Shown: positions 29,487 through 41,720 of the stretch, in pieces
How the letters are laid out: every line of letters starts with the position of its first letter
How positions within the stretch are numbered: the first letter of the stretch is position 1
From: an uncultured delta proteobacterium
GTDB taxonomy: Bacteria > Myxococcota > Myxococcia > Myxococcales > Myxococcaceae
NCBI GenBank assembly: GCA_963776345.1
Contig: CAVZMH010000015.1
Location: forward strand, 256,001-320,000
Reading direction: 5' to 3'
Length of the DNA stretch: 64,000 nt
The notes under the pieces: model-generated
What the model saw: the letters and a program-made list of their open reading frames with translations, nothing else
Told to the model about the DNA's origin: nothing
Databases searched by the model: none
Program-made: the position numbers and the translations under genes

Positions 29487-30842
29487 ATGGCGACCATCCT
29501 GCTGGTGGATGACGAGAAGGTCGCCCGTACGGTGTACGGCGACTACCTGACCGAGGCCGGTCACACCGTGACCTGCGTCGCGTCAGTGGCCGAGGCGCGC
29601 GCGGAGCTGGCGCTGCACCCGGTGGACCTGGTGGTCACCGACCTCATCCTCCCCGCCGGCGACGGGATGGAGGTGCTGCAGCACACCCGCGAGCGGTACC
29701 CGGGCGTGGAGGTGGTGGTCATCACCGCGCTGGACAAGGTGGACCCCGCGGTGCGGGCCATCAAGAGCGGCGCGGCCGAGTACCTGGTCAAGCCGGTGAA
29801 GCCCGAGGCGCTGCAGCACGCCGTCAACCGAGCGCTGATGACCCGCGCACTGCTGGCGGAGAACGCCGCGCTGAAGCGTCACCTCTCGCTGGTGGAGGCA
29901 GGGCAGCGACTCCTCACCATGCTCGACCGCCCGCGGCTGGCGCAGGCCGCGGCCTCGGCGTTCCTCCAGCTCAGCCAGGCGCAGGGGGTGCTGCTCTGGG
30001 CGAAGAGCGGGGACACCGTGCGGCTCGAGGCCTCGGAGGGGGTGGCGTCCGAGGCGCTGCGGCAGCTGGTCGTCCGCTACGACGCCGAGCTGCCCGACCT
30101 CCCCTCCCGGCCCTTCGAGGCGGCGTGGCCCGAGGGACCTGGACGGGTGCTGGGGTTCCCGGTGGGAGAGTCCCCCCGGCAGCGCGGCTGGGCGCTGCTG
30201 CTCGACCGCGGGCCGGCGAGCGACACCCTGCGCGAGTCGGCCGAGTACCTCGCCCGCCACCTGGCGCTGGCCTGGGACCACGTCGAGCGCTTCGCCCGGG
30301 TGGAGGACCTGGCCTACCTCGACGACCTCACCCGGCTCTACAACGCCCGCTACCTGGACGAGGCGGTGGAGCGGGAGCTGCAGACCGGCCGCGGTCCGTT
30401 CAGCCTGCTCTTCCTCGACCTGGACCACTTCAAGAGCGTCAACGACACCCACGGGCACCTGGTGGGGAGCAAGCTCCTGGTGGAGGCGGCGCGGGTGGTG
30501 AAGTCCTGCACCCGCGACCAGGACGTGGTCGCCCGCTGGGGCGGCGACGAGTACGTGGTGATGCTGCGAGAGACGGACAGCGGCGGCGCCCTCAAGGTCG
30601 CCGAGCGCATCCGCCGCACGGTGGAGGGGCACTCCTTCCTCGCCCGCGAGGGCTACGGGCTCGGGGTGACGGTCTGCATCGGGGTGGCGAGCCATCCCGA
30701 GCACGGGGTGGACCGCCGCACGCTGCTCGACCTCGCCGACCGGGCGATGTACCGCGGCAAGCGCACCTCCCGGAACGTGGTCTACGTCGCGGCCCCGGGC
30801 AGCGAGGAGATCGTGGGCCGGCAGCGCAGCGGCGCGGCCTGA
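29487..30842 (+). CDS. Response-regulator diguanylate cyclase (REC - GAF-like - GGDEF)
   Basis: ILLVDDE/VTDL/LVKP receiver; DDLT.LYN, DLDHFKSVNDTHGH, I-site RDQD, active site GGDEY. Confidence 0.93.
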   Translation: MATILLVDDEKVARTVYGDYLTEAGHTVTCVASVAEARAELALHPVDLVVTDLILPAGDGMEVLQHTRERYPGVEVVVITALDKVDPAVRAIKSGAAEYLVKPVKPEALQHAVNRALMTRALLAENAALKRHLSLVEAGQRLLTMLDRPRLAQAAASAFLQLSQAQGVLLWAKSGDTVRLEASEGVASEALRQLVVRYDAELPDLPSRPFEAAWPEGPGRVLGFPVGESPRQRGWALLLDRGPASDTLRESAEYLARHLALAWDHVERFARVEDLAYLDDLTRLYNARYLDEAVERELQTGRGPFSLLFLDLDHFKSVNDTHGHLVGSKLLVEAARVVKSCTRDQDVVARWGGDEYVVMLRETDSGGALKVAERIRRTVEGHSFLAREGYGLGVTVCIGVASHPEHGVDRRTLLDLADRAMYRGKRTSRNVVYVAAPGSEEIVGRQRSGAA

Positions 30843-30853
30843 GCGGCGCCCAG

Positions 30854-30903
30854 GAACGACGAGGGGGAGGCAACGCCTTGAGGCGTCACCTCCCCCGTCG
30901 TTC
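30854..30903. terminator. Long hairpin between convergent GGDEF gene and groEL
   Basis: gaacgac..gggggagg..acgcc-ttga-ggcgt..cctccccc-gtcgttc inverted repeat. Confidence 0.6.
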
Positions 30904-30921
30904 AGCCGGGACGGCGTGGGA

Positions 30922-32565
<1,644 letters not shown>

Positions 32566-32611
32566 TGTTGCAAACCTCCGGAAAACCTGCGGTTTTTGGA
32601 ATTGGCCGGAA

Positions 32612-32638
32612 TTGGCACTCCCCGGCTGCGAGCGCCAA
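32612..32638. promoter_or_regulatory. CIRCE element (HrcA operator)
   Basis: TTGGCACTC-N9-GAGCGCCAA versus consensus TTAGCACTC-N9-GAGTGCTAA, directly upstream of groEL. Confidence 0.88.
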
Positions 32639-32664
32639 CCTAAAGGTCCGCGCGGCGTTGTCAA
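32637..32664 (-). promoter_or_regulatory. Sigma70-type groEL promoter
   Basis: On the minus strand TTGACA-N16-TAGGTT, abutting the CIRCE. Confidence 0.7.
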
Positions 32665-32690
32665 CGAGGGAAGATGAGAGACTCCGAAGG

Positions 32691-33806
32691 GTGCGAATCC
32701 TCTACGGGGTGGTGGGCGAGGGAATGGGCCACGCCACCCGCTCCCGGGTGGTCCTCGAGGAGCTGGTCAAGGAGCACGAGGTCGAGGTGGTCGCCTCGGG
32801 CCGCGCGCACGCCTACCTCTCCGAGCGCTTCCCCGAGGTGCACCGCATCTGGGGCCTCACCATCCACTACGAGGGGAACGCCATCCGCCGCCTCCCCACC
32901 GTGCTCCGGAACCTGCGCGGCGCGATCGGCGGATGGCCGAGGAACGTGGCCGAGTACTTCAAGCTCCTCGCCTCGTTCCGCCCCGACGTGGTGATCAGCG
33001 ACTTCGAGAGCTTCAGTTACTACTTCGGCAAGGCGCACCGGGTCCCGGTCATCGACCTGGACAACATCCACGTCATCTCCCGGTGCCGGCACTCGCCCGA
33101 GCTGCTCCGCGGCCACCAGCGCGACTTCAGGCTCATCCGGAGCGTGGTCGGGGCCAAGTTGCCCCGGTGCTTCCACTACGTCATCCCGACGTTCTTCTAC
33201 CCGCCAGTGAGATCGAAGCGGACCACCCTGGTCCCCCCGGTGCTCCGCCCGGAGGTGCTCGCGGCGAGGAGCGAGCGCGGCGAGCACCTGCTCGTGTACC
33301 AGACCGCGACGACCAACGTGGCCCTGCCCGAGGCGCTCCAGCGGCTCGGCGTCCCGGCGCGGGTGTACGGCCTCCGCCGGGATCTCACCGCGGACCTCAT
33401 CGAGGGGAACGTCACCCACCGCCCGTTCAGCGAGGCCGGCTTCATCGACGACCTCCGCACCGCGCGGGCGGTGGTGGCCGGCGGAGGATTCACCCTGCTC
33501 AGCGAGGCGGTGTACCTCCGCAAGCCCGTGCTCTCGGTGCCGGTGGAGAGGCAGTTCGAGCAGGTGCTGAACGCGCTCTACGTGGAGCACCTCGGGTACG
33601 GCGCCTACGCCCGGCGTCTGGGCGACGACGTCCTCCGGGAGTTCCTGGAGCGCGTCCCGGAGTACGAGCGGGCGCTCGCCGGGTACGCGCAGGACGGAAA
33701 CTCCGTCGCGCTCGCCACGGTCAAGGAGCAGCTCGCCCGCGTCGTCGCGCGGCGTACCCGGAGGTCTCGCCCGGCACCCGCGAGGGCCCGCCGGGCCCGG
33801 GCCTGA
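32691..33806 (+). CDS. GT-B glycosyltransferase (MJ1255/VC2487-like)
   Basis: [44 protein letters not shown]...QFEQ.LNA. Confidence 0.88.
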   Translation: MRILYGVVGEGMGHATRSRVVLEELVKEHEVEVVASGRAHAYLSERFPEVHRIWGLTIHYEGNAIRRLPTVLRNLRGAIGGWPRNVAEYFKLLASFRPDVVISDFESFSYYFGKAHRVPVIDLDNIHVISRCRHSPELLRGHQRDFRLIRSVVGAKLPRCFHYVIPTFFYPPVRSKRTTLVPPVLRPEVLAARSERGEHLLVYQTATTNVALPEALQRLGVPARVYGLRRDLTADLIEGNVTHRPFSEAGFIDDLRTARAVVAGGGFTLLSEAVYLRKPVLSVPVERQFEQVLNALYVEHLGYGAYARRLGDDVLREFLERVPEYERALAGYAQDGNSVALATVKEQLARVVARRTRRSRPAPARARRARA

Positions 33807-33890
33807 TCGAAGCTCCATCCGGTACAGAGGTCGCTGCCGGCACTCCGCTGTGGACACGCCTGCGCCGAGCGGTCACCATCGCGCGGCTCT

Positions 33891-33986
33891 GGTAGAGCCT
33901 CCGTGCCTGGTGGCCGGCCTGGTCTTCAAAACCAGTGGGACGGCGCGCGAGCGTCGTCCGGGTGGTTCGATTCCGCTGCTCTACCG
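33891..33986 (+). tRNA. selC: tRNA-Sec (anticodon TCA); CCA not encoded
   Basis: 8-bp acceptor GGTAGAGC/GCTCTACC; long D stem with 4-nt TGGT loop; CTGGT-CTTCAAA-ACCAG; 9-bp variable arm; 5-bp T stem GGTGG/CCGCT with TTCGATT; G discriminator (8/5 fold). Confidence 0.92.
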
Positions 33987-33992
33987 CTCGAC

Positions 33993-36900
33993 TCAGGGAG
34001 ACTGGAGGAGCAGCACCCAGTCGGTGGATCCGTCCACGGTCGTCCCGGGCGGAGTGAAGCTCCGGCTCCCGCTCGCAGGGAAGGGGCTCCCTGGCACGGC
34101 GGTGGAGGTCCCGCTCGACGGATCGAACCAGCTCCCCCGCGTGGTGCCGGCCATCTTGGTCATGTCGAAGGTCACCGTGCGGAGATCGGTGAAGTAGGCC
34201 ACCCCGAGGTGCCCGTCGGCGGTGCGCGCCGCGAGCACGTAGCTGGACGAATCCCAGCTGCCGTACCCGCCGGTGAGGAAGGCGTTGTTCACGTCCGGGA
34301 CGAGGTGCGACCAGTCCAGCGACTCGAAGAGCGTCCGGGCCCGCTGCGCATCCCCCGCGCCGGGGCTACCCAGCGCCGATTGCCAGTTGGGGTACTTCCC
34401 GTCGTTGTCGTAGTCGTTGCCCGGCGCGCCGGTCCAGAAGCTCCAGATGGGGAAGATGCCGAAGACGAACCCCGCCTCGCCGGTGACCAGCGGCTGGTAC
34501 ATGTCGGAGCGCAGCTGGAGCCGCGTGGACTGATGCTCGTTCTCGTACCAGCCCTCGATGAAGAACACCGGCCGCTTCCCCGCGTCGAGCTGCCAGCCCT
34601 GCACCATGAAGGGGTAGTTGTGCGGCGGTGAGTTGACGTACGCGGTGTCCACGTCGATCCACGCCGGCCGCGGCCCGGTGAAGCTCGGCTCGCCGCCCCA
34701 GTGCGCGGTGTGGAGGTGCGCGGCGCCCGCCCCCTTCAGCCCGTCGACGATGGCCTGCAGCAGCGGGAGCTCAGAGCTGCTCGGGGTGTAGTCGCCGCCC
34801 TGGACCCAGAGGATGTTCGGGACGTCCTTGTAACGCGCGCCGAGGTACTGGCCGTACGTCTGGAGCTTCGTCGTCCCGGTGGACTTCATCTCGTTGATCC
34901 ACCCGTCGGTGCTCCCCTTGTAGCCCATGTACGCCGGGGCGAGGAGCACCAGCATCCCCCGCTGCCGCGCCTGTTCCAGGAACCAGTCGACGTGCTGGAA
35001 GTAGGCGTCGTTGGTCGTGGACATGTCCGACAGGGCGGTGAACGGCATCTTCCCGGCCGCGTTCGCCTGCGGCGGGGTGTGCGAGGTGAAGCGGTGCTCC
35101 ACCAGGTTGACCAGGAGGGCGTTGAAGCCGCGGCCCTGCCGGTCGTCGAGGTACTGGAGCGCGTCCGCCTCGCTCAGCTCGGCGATGGCGGACCAGGCCG
35201 CGTCGCCCTGGATGAGGAACGGCCGGCCGCTCGCGTCGACCAGGCCGTTCCTCGACGCGGAGATCGCCAGCGGGAACACGGCACCGACCGAGCTCGCGAC
35301 GTTGATCACCAGGTCGACGTGGGTGGTCCCGCCGGCGTTGCTCGCGGTGACCCGGTACGTTCCGGTCCCCGCGGCGGTCGGCGTCCCGGTGATGACCCCG
35401 GTCGTGGTGTTCAGCGTGAGCCCGGCAGGCAAGGCCGGGCTGACCGCGTAGCTGGACACCGCGCCGCCGCTGCTGCTCGGGGTGTTCGGCGTGATCGCCA
35501 CCCCGACCGTGTACGAGGCGGGGTTCGAGGCGTAGGTGAGACCGGTGGGCGGCGGGGCGGTGGGCGTGACGGGCGCGGAGGGCGCGCTGGCCGGGCCGGT
35601 GCCGACCGCGTTCACCGCCGACACCCGGAAGGTGTAGGCCGTCCCGTTGACGAGCCCGCTCACCGCGGCGGTGGTGCCGGTCACCTGCACCGTGGCGCCC
35701 GGGGCCGCGGGCGAGATCTGGACCTGGTATCCGCTGATGGGCAGGCCCCCGTTGCTCGCGGGGGCGGACCAGACCACCGACGCCGAGGCGTTGCCCGGCT
35801 GCGCCGTCACACCGCTGGGCGCTCCCGGGACGTCGGGCGTGGTGATGGGCGCCGAGGTGGCTGCCGGGCCCGTGCCGACCGCGTTCGTTGCGGACACGGC
35901 GAAGGTGACCGTCTTCCCGTTGCCCAGCCCCGAGACCGTGGCGCTCAGCCCGTTGACGGTCACCACGGCCGACGGCGTGACCGGCAGGACCGTCACCGTG
36001 TACCCGGTGATCGGCGCGCCGCCGTCGGAGGCGGGGGCAGACCAGCCGACGCTGGCCCCGCCCACCGTCGGCAGCGCGCCGACGCCGATGGGCGCGGAGG
36101 GGACACCGGGCACCACCGCCGCGGACACGGTGATGGCCAGGTCGACCGAGGTGCTCCCGGCGGTGTTGCTCGCGGTGATCCGGCACGTCCCGGTCCCTGC
36201 CGCGCTCGGCGTCCCGGTGATGACCCCGCTCGTCGCGCTGAGCAGGAGGCCGGCCGGGAGCGGCGGCGACGCCGAGAAGCCGGAGGGAGCCCCGCCCCCG
36301 GTGCTCGGGACGTTGGGGGCGATCGCCACGCCCACGGTGTACGAGGCGGGGTTGGACGCGTACGTCAGGCCGGAGGGCGGGCTCACCGCCTGGCTCGGGG
36401 TGACCGCTGCCGAGGGGGCGCTGGCAGGTCCGGTGCCCACGGCGTTCACCGCCGAGACGCGGAAGGTGTACGCGGTTCCGTTGCTGAGCCCGGTGATCAC
36501 CGCCACCGTCGAGAGGACCTCCACCGCGCCTCCGGACACCGCGGGCGAGATCTGCACCTCGTACCGGATGATGGGCCGGCCGCCGTCGCTCGACGGCGCC
36601 GACCAGCTCACCGTGGCCGAGCCATCCCCCGGCTGGGCGGTGACACCGGTCGGCGCGCCCGGGACGTCCGGTGGGGTGACCGGCGCGGACGTCGCCGCGG
36701 GGCCAGTGCCGATCGCGTTCACCGCCGAGACGAGGATGGCGACCGTCCTCCCCGGGGACAGGCCGGTCACCGTGGCGGTGAGCCCGGTGACGGTGACCTG
36801 CGCGGACGCGGTGGAAGGAGTGACCGAGACCGTGTAGCCGGTGATGGGCGAGCCGCCACTCGACGAGGGCACAGACCAGCTCGCCGTGGCCCCGCCCACC

Positions 36901-37124
36901 GTCGCGGTGGCCACCACGCTCCGCGGAGCCGAGGGGACCGAGGCTCCGCCGCCGTCGGGGAGCCCGCCGTCTTGGAACCCACCATCGGGGAGCCCACCAT
37001 CGGGGAGCCCGTCATCGGAGGGCGAGCCTCCATCCATCTCCGGACCCGAGACGGCGCCCGTGCAGCCGGCCAGCTCCATCGCTCCGAGCAACGTCAGTGC
37101 TGCGAGCCACCGCATCCGCGCCAC
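33993..37124 (-). CDS. Surface lipoprotein: 4x FN3 + 2x He_PIG Ig-like + DUF4038 (apiosidase-like TIM barrel) + putative collagen-binding domain
   Basis: Lipobox LAGC; DGG repeats; W.AP...GG.PI..Y FN3 units; LPAGL.L....GVITGTP; GRPFLIQGDAAW, YLDDR..RGFN, KRPVFFIEGWYE, WFDP.SG, DWVLLL. Confidence 0.88.
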   Translation of the reverse strand: MARMRWLAALTLLGAMELAGCTGAVSGPEMDGGSPSDDGLPDGGLPDGGFQDGGLPDGGGASVPSAPRSVVATATVGGATASWSVPSSSGGSPITGYTVSVTPSTASAQVTVTGLTATVTGLSPGRTVAILVSAVNAIGTGPAATSAPVTPPDVPGAPTGVTAQPGDGSATVSWSAPSSDGGRPIIRYEVQISPAVSGGAVEVLSTVAVITGLSNGTAYTFRVSAVNAVGTGPASAPSAAVTPSQAVSPPSGLTYASNPASYTVGVAIAPNVPSTGGGAPSGFSASPPLPAGLLLSATSGVITGTPSAAGTGTCRITASNTAGSTSVDLAITVSAAVVPGVPSAPIGVGALPTVGGASVGWSAPASDGGAPITGYTVTVLPVTPSAVVTVNGLSATVSGLGNGKTVTFAVSATNAVGTGPAATSAPITTPDVPGAPSGVTAQPGNASASVVWSAPASNGGLPISGYQVQISPAAPGATVQVTGTTAAVSGLVNGTAYTFRVSAVNAVGTGPASAPSAPVTPTAPPPTGLTYASNPASYTVGVAITPNTPSSSGGAVSSYAVSPALPAGLTLNTTTGVITGTPTAAGTGTYRVTASNAGGTTHVDLVINVASSVGAVFPLAISASRNGLVDASGRPFLIQGDAAWSAIAELSEADALQYLDDRQGRGFNALLVNLVEHRFTSHTPPQANAAGKMPFTALSDMSTTNDAYFQHVDWFLEQARQRGMLVLLAPAYMGYKGSTDGWINEMKSTGTTKLQTYGQYLGARYKDVPNILWVQGGDYTPSSSELPLLQAIVDGLKGAGAAHLHTAHWGGEPSFTGPRPAWIDVDTAYVNSPPHNYPFMVQGWQLDAGKRPVFFIEGWYENEHQSTRLQLRSDMYQPLVTGEAGFVFGIFPIWSFWTGAPGNDYDNDGKYPNWQSALGSPGAGDAQRARTLFESLDWSHLVPDVNNAFLTGGYGSWDSSSYVLAARTADGHLGVAYFTDLRTVTFDMTKMAGTTRGSWFDPSSGTSTAVPGSPFPASGSRSFTPPGTTVDGSTDWVLLLQSP
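35295..36938 (-). repeat. Intragenic tandem duplication of an FN3-FN3-Ig block (period about 834 bp)
   Basis: VPSAP at 36938 and at 36104; both copies share PDVPGAP.GVTAQPG, GTAYTFRVSAVNAVGTGPASAPSA and GLTYASNPASYTVGVAI. Confidence 0.9.
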
Positions 37125-37318
37125 GCTTCCGCCGGGGACCGCCCGTCACACGGGGCCCGGACGCGACCGGTCGTCGACCGCGGGGAGGGTGTCCATCGCG
37201 CGATGGTCCCGGGTCAACCCGCCCGGCCCTTCGGACAATCCGTTGCACGCCCCGCATTCAGGTTTCTACCGTCGCCCGATGACGACCTCCTCGCGCGTGC
37301 TGCGCGAGGTCCACGGGC

Positions 37319-40300
37319 TCACGGCGGCGGAGAAGGAACCGCCGCCGGGCTGGCGGCGAGCTTCGGCGGACGCGGTCGCCACAGCCCGCCGGTGCCGAGC
37401 GCGTGCCAGCCCTGCCGGATCCACCCGAGCAGCGCCGTCGCGAGCCACAGCGCCCAGGCCAGCATCGCCAGCCGGTAGACGAGCAGCGGGACGGAGAGGA
37501 CCAGCGGCCGGGGCAGCGCGCCGGCAACGCGGTCCGCGGTCCAGCGCAGCGACTCGAGGGTCGAGCCGTTCCCGGCGATCTGCATGTCCGGCTGCCCGAG
37601 GAGCCCGTGTCGCACCGCCTCGAACAGCGCCAGGAAGGCGAACCCGGTGGTGACGACCAGCGCCACCTGCATCAGGTCGAACGCCCACCACGGGCGGACC
37701 CGGGCGCCGAACGCTCCGCGCCAGCCCAGCGCCAGCAGCCAGAGCACCACCAGCCCCGCCGAGGGGACCGAGACCTGCGTGAGGCCCACGCCGAGGAGCA
37801 TCCACGCCGCGAGCCGGAGCGGGCTGTGGGGCACGCGGGAGAGCGCCACGGCGACCAGCGCGGTGACCAGCAGCACGCTCCAGAACAGCACCGCCGGGCC
37901 GAAGGTGGGCCCGGCGAGCCAGAGCACCCAGCGCTGCGCCGGCAGCGAGACCACCACCTCGACGTTCGCACCGGACGCGCCGACGTCCACCGCGGACGGC
38001 CGGAACGCGGCGGAGAGCCCGCGCGGCTCGCGCCAGCGGACGGCGACCCGCGACGCCGGCGGGCTGAGCGTGACGAGGAGCCGCCCCGCCTCCAGCCGCG
38101 CCGGCTGGGACTGCCCGTTCACCGCCACCCCGAGCAGCTCGATGCCCGGCGGCAGCGTCAGGGCGTGCTGGCCACCGCGGCTGGTCCGGAAGACAAGCTC
38201 CAGGCTCACCTCGGTGGCGCGGAGCCCGGGGCGCACCTCCTCCTTGCCGCTGTCGAGGGTGAGCGTCCCGCCCCCGATGCCCTCCGGGCGGGTGATCTGG
38301 ATCGACACCGACTCGCCCGGCCAGGGTAGCCACGTCGGCTGGTGCGAATCGGCAGGGCCGGTCGGATGGACCGGGGCGATGCCTCCGAGCTGGACGTGCC
38401 ACATCGGGCCTGCATCGAGGACCCAGCGCTCCACCCAGGACGCGGTCGAGGGAGCGGCGAGGGACACTGCCGGACGCTGCTCGAGCGTGCTCCGCCACGA
38501 CACGCTCCCCACCCCGGGCGGCAGGTTCACCGCCACCGCGCCATCCTTGACCGGCAGGTCGGCGGTGAGCACCGCCTCTCCCGGGAGGAGCGGAATCCGC
38601 AGCACGACCGCGCTGCCCGCCGGCGAGAGCCGCTCCACCACGGTCTCCAGCTCCCAGGTCAGCCCGAGCCGGAGGGTCCGGGTGACGCGGGCGAAGCCCG
38701 GGAGCGCCCCTGGACGGAGCGCCTCTCCCCCGCCCTCGCGCTGCAGGCGGGTGAGCTGGAGGGTCGGCTCCGGCCGGCCGTCCTCGCGGACTCCGTCCAC
38801 CTTCCACCCGCGCGCCTGGACCGTGAGGTGGCGCGGCGCGAGCCCGAGGGGGAGCTGCACGGAGTCGGCGCGCGCGAGCGCACCGGACAGCAGCAGGCTG
38901 TGGACACCCGGCCGGAGCACGAGCCAGCTCACGCCGTCCACCCTGCGCAGCGCGGCCGCGGGCCGTCCGTCGAGGACGACCTGCTCCGGCCTCCACCCTT
39001 CCCCGCCGCCGGCGAGCGGCACCGCGACCAGTGCCGCGGCCTGGAGCTCGACGCGGAGCCGGAGCCCGCCAGGGTCCACCTCGAGGAGCGCCCGTCCGGC
39101 GGAGGCGCAGCTCGGAGCGCACCGGGGGGCCTGGAGCAGCTTGTCCCGGAGCTGTATCAGCCGGGCGTCGGTCGGCTGCTCCTCGGCGCGCGCGGCGGGG
39201 AGCGACGAGGAGCAGGGCCAGCGCGGCCGCCGCCACGGCCGCACCGCTCCGGGGCGCCGCCGGACGCCACGGGCCGGAACGCAGGAGGAGGAGCGCCGCC
39301 AGCCAGGCGAGCAGCGCCACCCGGACCAGCCCCAGGACCACGTTGTCCGCCGGGGAGAGCAGCCACAGGCGCATCGACTGGCCCTGCTGCACCGGCCCGC
39401 TCCACCCGAGCGGCACCTCCCGCCAGGTCCAGCGCGGGATGCCCGGACCGGTCTGCACCACCGCGTTGCGGTCGATCTCGATGAGCGCGCGGCCCGGGCG
39501 GATCGTCGGGGCCGCCGCGGGAGCAGCGCCCTTTCCGACCAGCCCCGCCATGGTCGAGGCTTGCCCTCCCAGGAGCTTCGCCAGCTCGTTCGCCTTCTGC
39601 GGCTTGTCCGCCTTCCGTTCCTCGCGCTCGGCACCGAGGGTCCCCTCGTCGCTGGCTTCGCCGGGTGGCGACGCGGGCTCCGCTGCAGGGGGCGGCGCGC
39701 GCTTGGGGACCGCGACGTTCCTGCGGAGCTGGTCCTGCTGCGGAGCGGCGGTCGCCTCCGTCTCCCGGAGTGCCGGCGGCGCGAGCGCGGGGTAGAGCCT
39801 CTCGCGCAGGTGGTCGAGCGCGAACGACACCAGCGCCAGCGCCAGCACCCCGAAGGCGACCCAGCGGACCCCCCGGGCCACGGAGCGCAGTCGCCCCTCG
39901 GGCAGAACCCGCCTCAGCCCCTCGGCGACGAGCACCAGCAGCCAGGCCCACCGGGGCGCTCCGGCCTCCGGGAAGCTGAGGACCAGCGCCACCAGGGCGA
40001 GCGCCCCCACCCGCCAGCCGAACAGCCGCGCCGTGGCCAGCGCGAGCACCAGGACCAGGAAGAGGTCGAGCAGCGACCAGCGCTGCAGCCACGTCCCCTG
40101 CACCTCGTCGACCCCGGTGGCGCCGAGCAGGCTCCAGCCCGGCGGAAGGTGCGCCAGCGCCGCCACCCGGGTGAAGTCGTGGGCCCAGGCCACCGCGGGC
40201 AAGCGTCCGCCGCCCTGCTCCAGCCGGCCGTCCGCGGTCATCGCCAGCATCCCCTGGCGGACCTCGACCCCCGGCGGGGAGGCCGGCCCGAGCCGGGTCA

Positions 40301-41486
40301 GCGGCTGGTCTTGCCCCTGCACCGCCGCGCGCCCGAGCACCGCGGGCCCGGGCATCTCCAGGCGCCAGCTGCGGCGCAGCTCACCGGCCACCCGGTCCTG
40401 GAAGGTCCACCCGCGCCCGTCGGTGTCGAGCCAGAGCTGCCGGTACAGGTTCAGCTGATCCGGCTCGGGCTGGGCGTTCCCTCGCCGCTGCTCCACCAGC
40501 CGGAGCGCCTCACCCGTCCGCACCGCGAACGCGGGCAGCGCGCGCCACTCGGGAGGCAGCTGCGTCTGGGAGGGGTCCACCGACGGGAGCCCCTCCAGCG
40601 TCACCACCCGGACGGCCGGCGCTGCCTCGAAGACCCAGGTCTCGTCCCCTTCCGCCCAGGGACCTTGCGGATCCGGCCGGGCCACCGAGGCGGGCGGGGC
40701 ATCGCTCCTGGCGACCAGGGTGAAGACCCACTTGCCCGGGCGGAGCTGGACGCGGAGCCGGGCCTCGGGCTCGACGCGCGCAGCGAGCGGTGCCTCGAGC
40801 AGGAGCGGGGTGAAGCCGGCCGGGAGCGCGCGGCCCAGCACCACCTCCCGGGCCTTCCCCGCCACGTCGATGACGATTCGGGTGGTGAGGAGCAGCGGGA
40901 CGCCGTCCGCCAGCTTCCGCTGGACCTGAACCTCGAGCCGGTCGGCCGCGCCTGCTTCCCGGTCGGGACGGCGCAGGAAGAGCCGGCCCTCCTCGTCCTG
41001 CTCGGGGCGCGGCACCCGCTGCCCGCCGAGGACCAGCTCCACCAGCGACACGGGTCCCGGGACGCCCAGCGCCGCAGGAAGCGTGTCCCAGGCGAACGCC
41101 CCGGTGAGCACGTGCGCGCCCGGACCGAGGAAGACCACCGGCACGCCACCGTGCTCCACGACCGGGACGGCCAGGGCTCCGTCCCGGACGTCCAGCGGCC
41201 AGTGCTCGGCGTCGCCGGGGAGCGGGACCGCGTCGCGCGCGAAGAGCTCGACCTCCTGGCGGAATCGTCCACCGCGCGCGGTGGCCTCGAGCTGCAGCCG
41301 GCCGATCCAGACGCAGCTCGGGTCGCCCTCGCTGCCGTCGAATCTGGGACACGTCCTCTGCTCGCTGCCGTGGAGGGCCCAGGGGATCCAGGGCCGGAGC
41401 GCCGGGGGAACGTCACCCGGAGCGAGCGGCTGGGCCCCAGCCGCGGGGACGACGGCGAGCAGCGACACCACGAGGGCAAGGCGCAC
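37319..41486 (-). CDS. Very large (~1390 aa) uncharacterised membrane protein, split by an apparent +1 indel near 39198
   Basis: GTG at 41486 after GGAGGTG; signal peptide, VP..LRPW..W, C.W. Frame of ORF 37266..41588 switches to the frame of 37319..39634 at a CCCC run; TM clusters centrally and at the C-terminus. Confidence 0.8.
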
Positions 41487-41720
41487 GCTTTGACACCTCC
41501 GGCGGCATGTAACGCAGCGAGGGGGCGACGAGATCCAGCGTCTCACGGAACGAACCCGCGCGCTTTGCGTGAGACGCGGGTGAGGCATCCCACACCCGCG
41601 TCACCCAGGACGCCCCGGCCGCCGCGTCGCGGTGGCCGGGGGCCGTCCGCAGGGGGCGGTGAACTTGCGGCCCCCTGCCAGGCTCTGCGAACCTCTCCCG
41701 TCGAGGAGAGCGGCGAAAGG

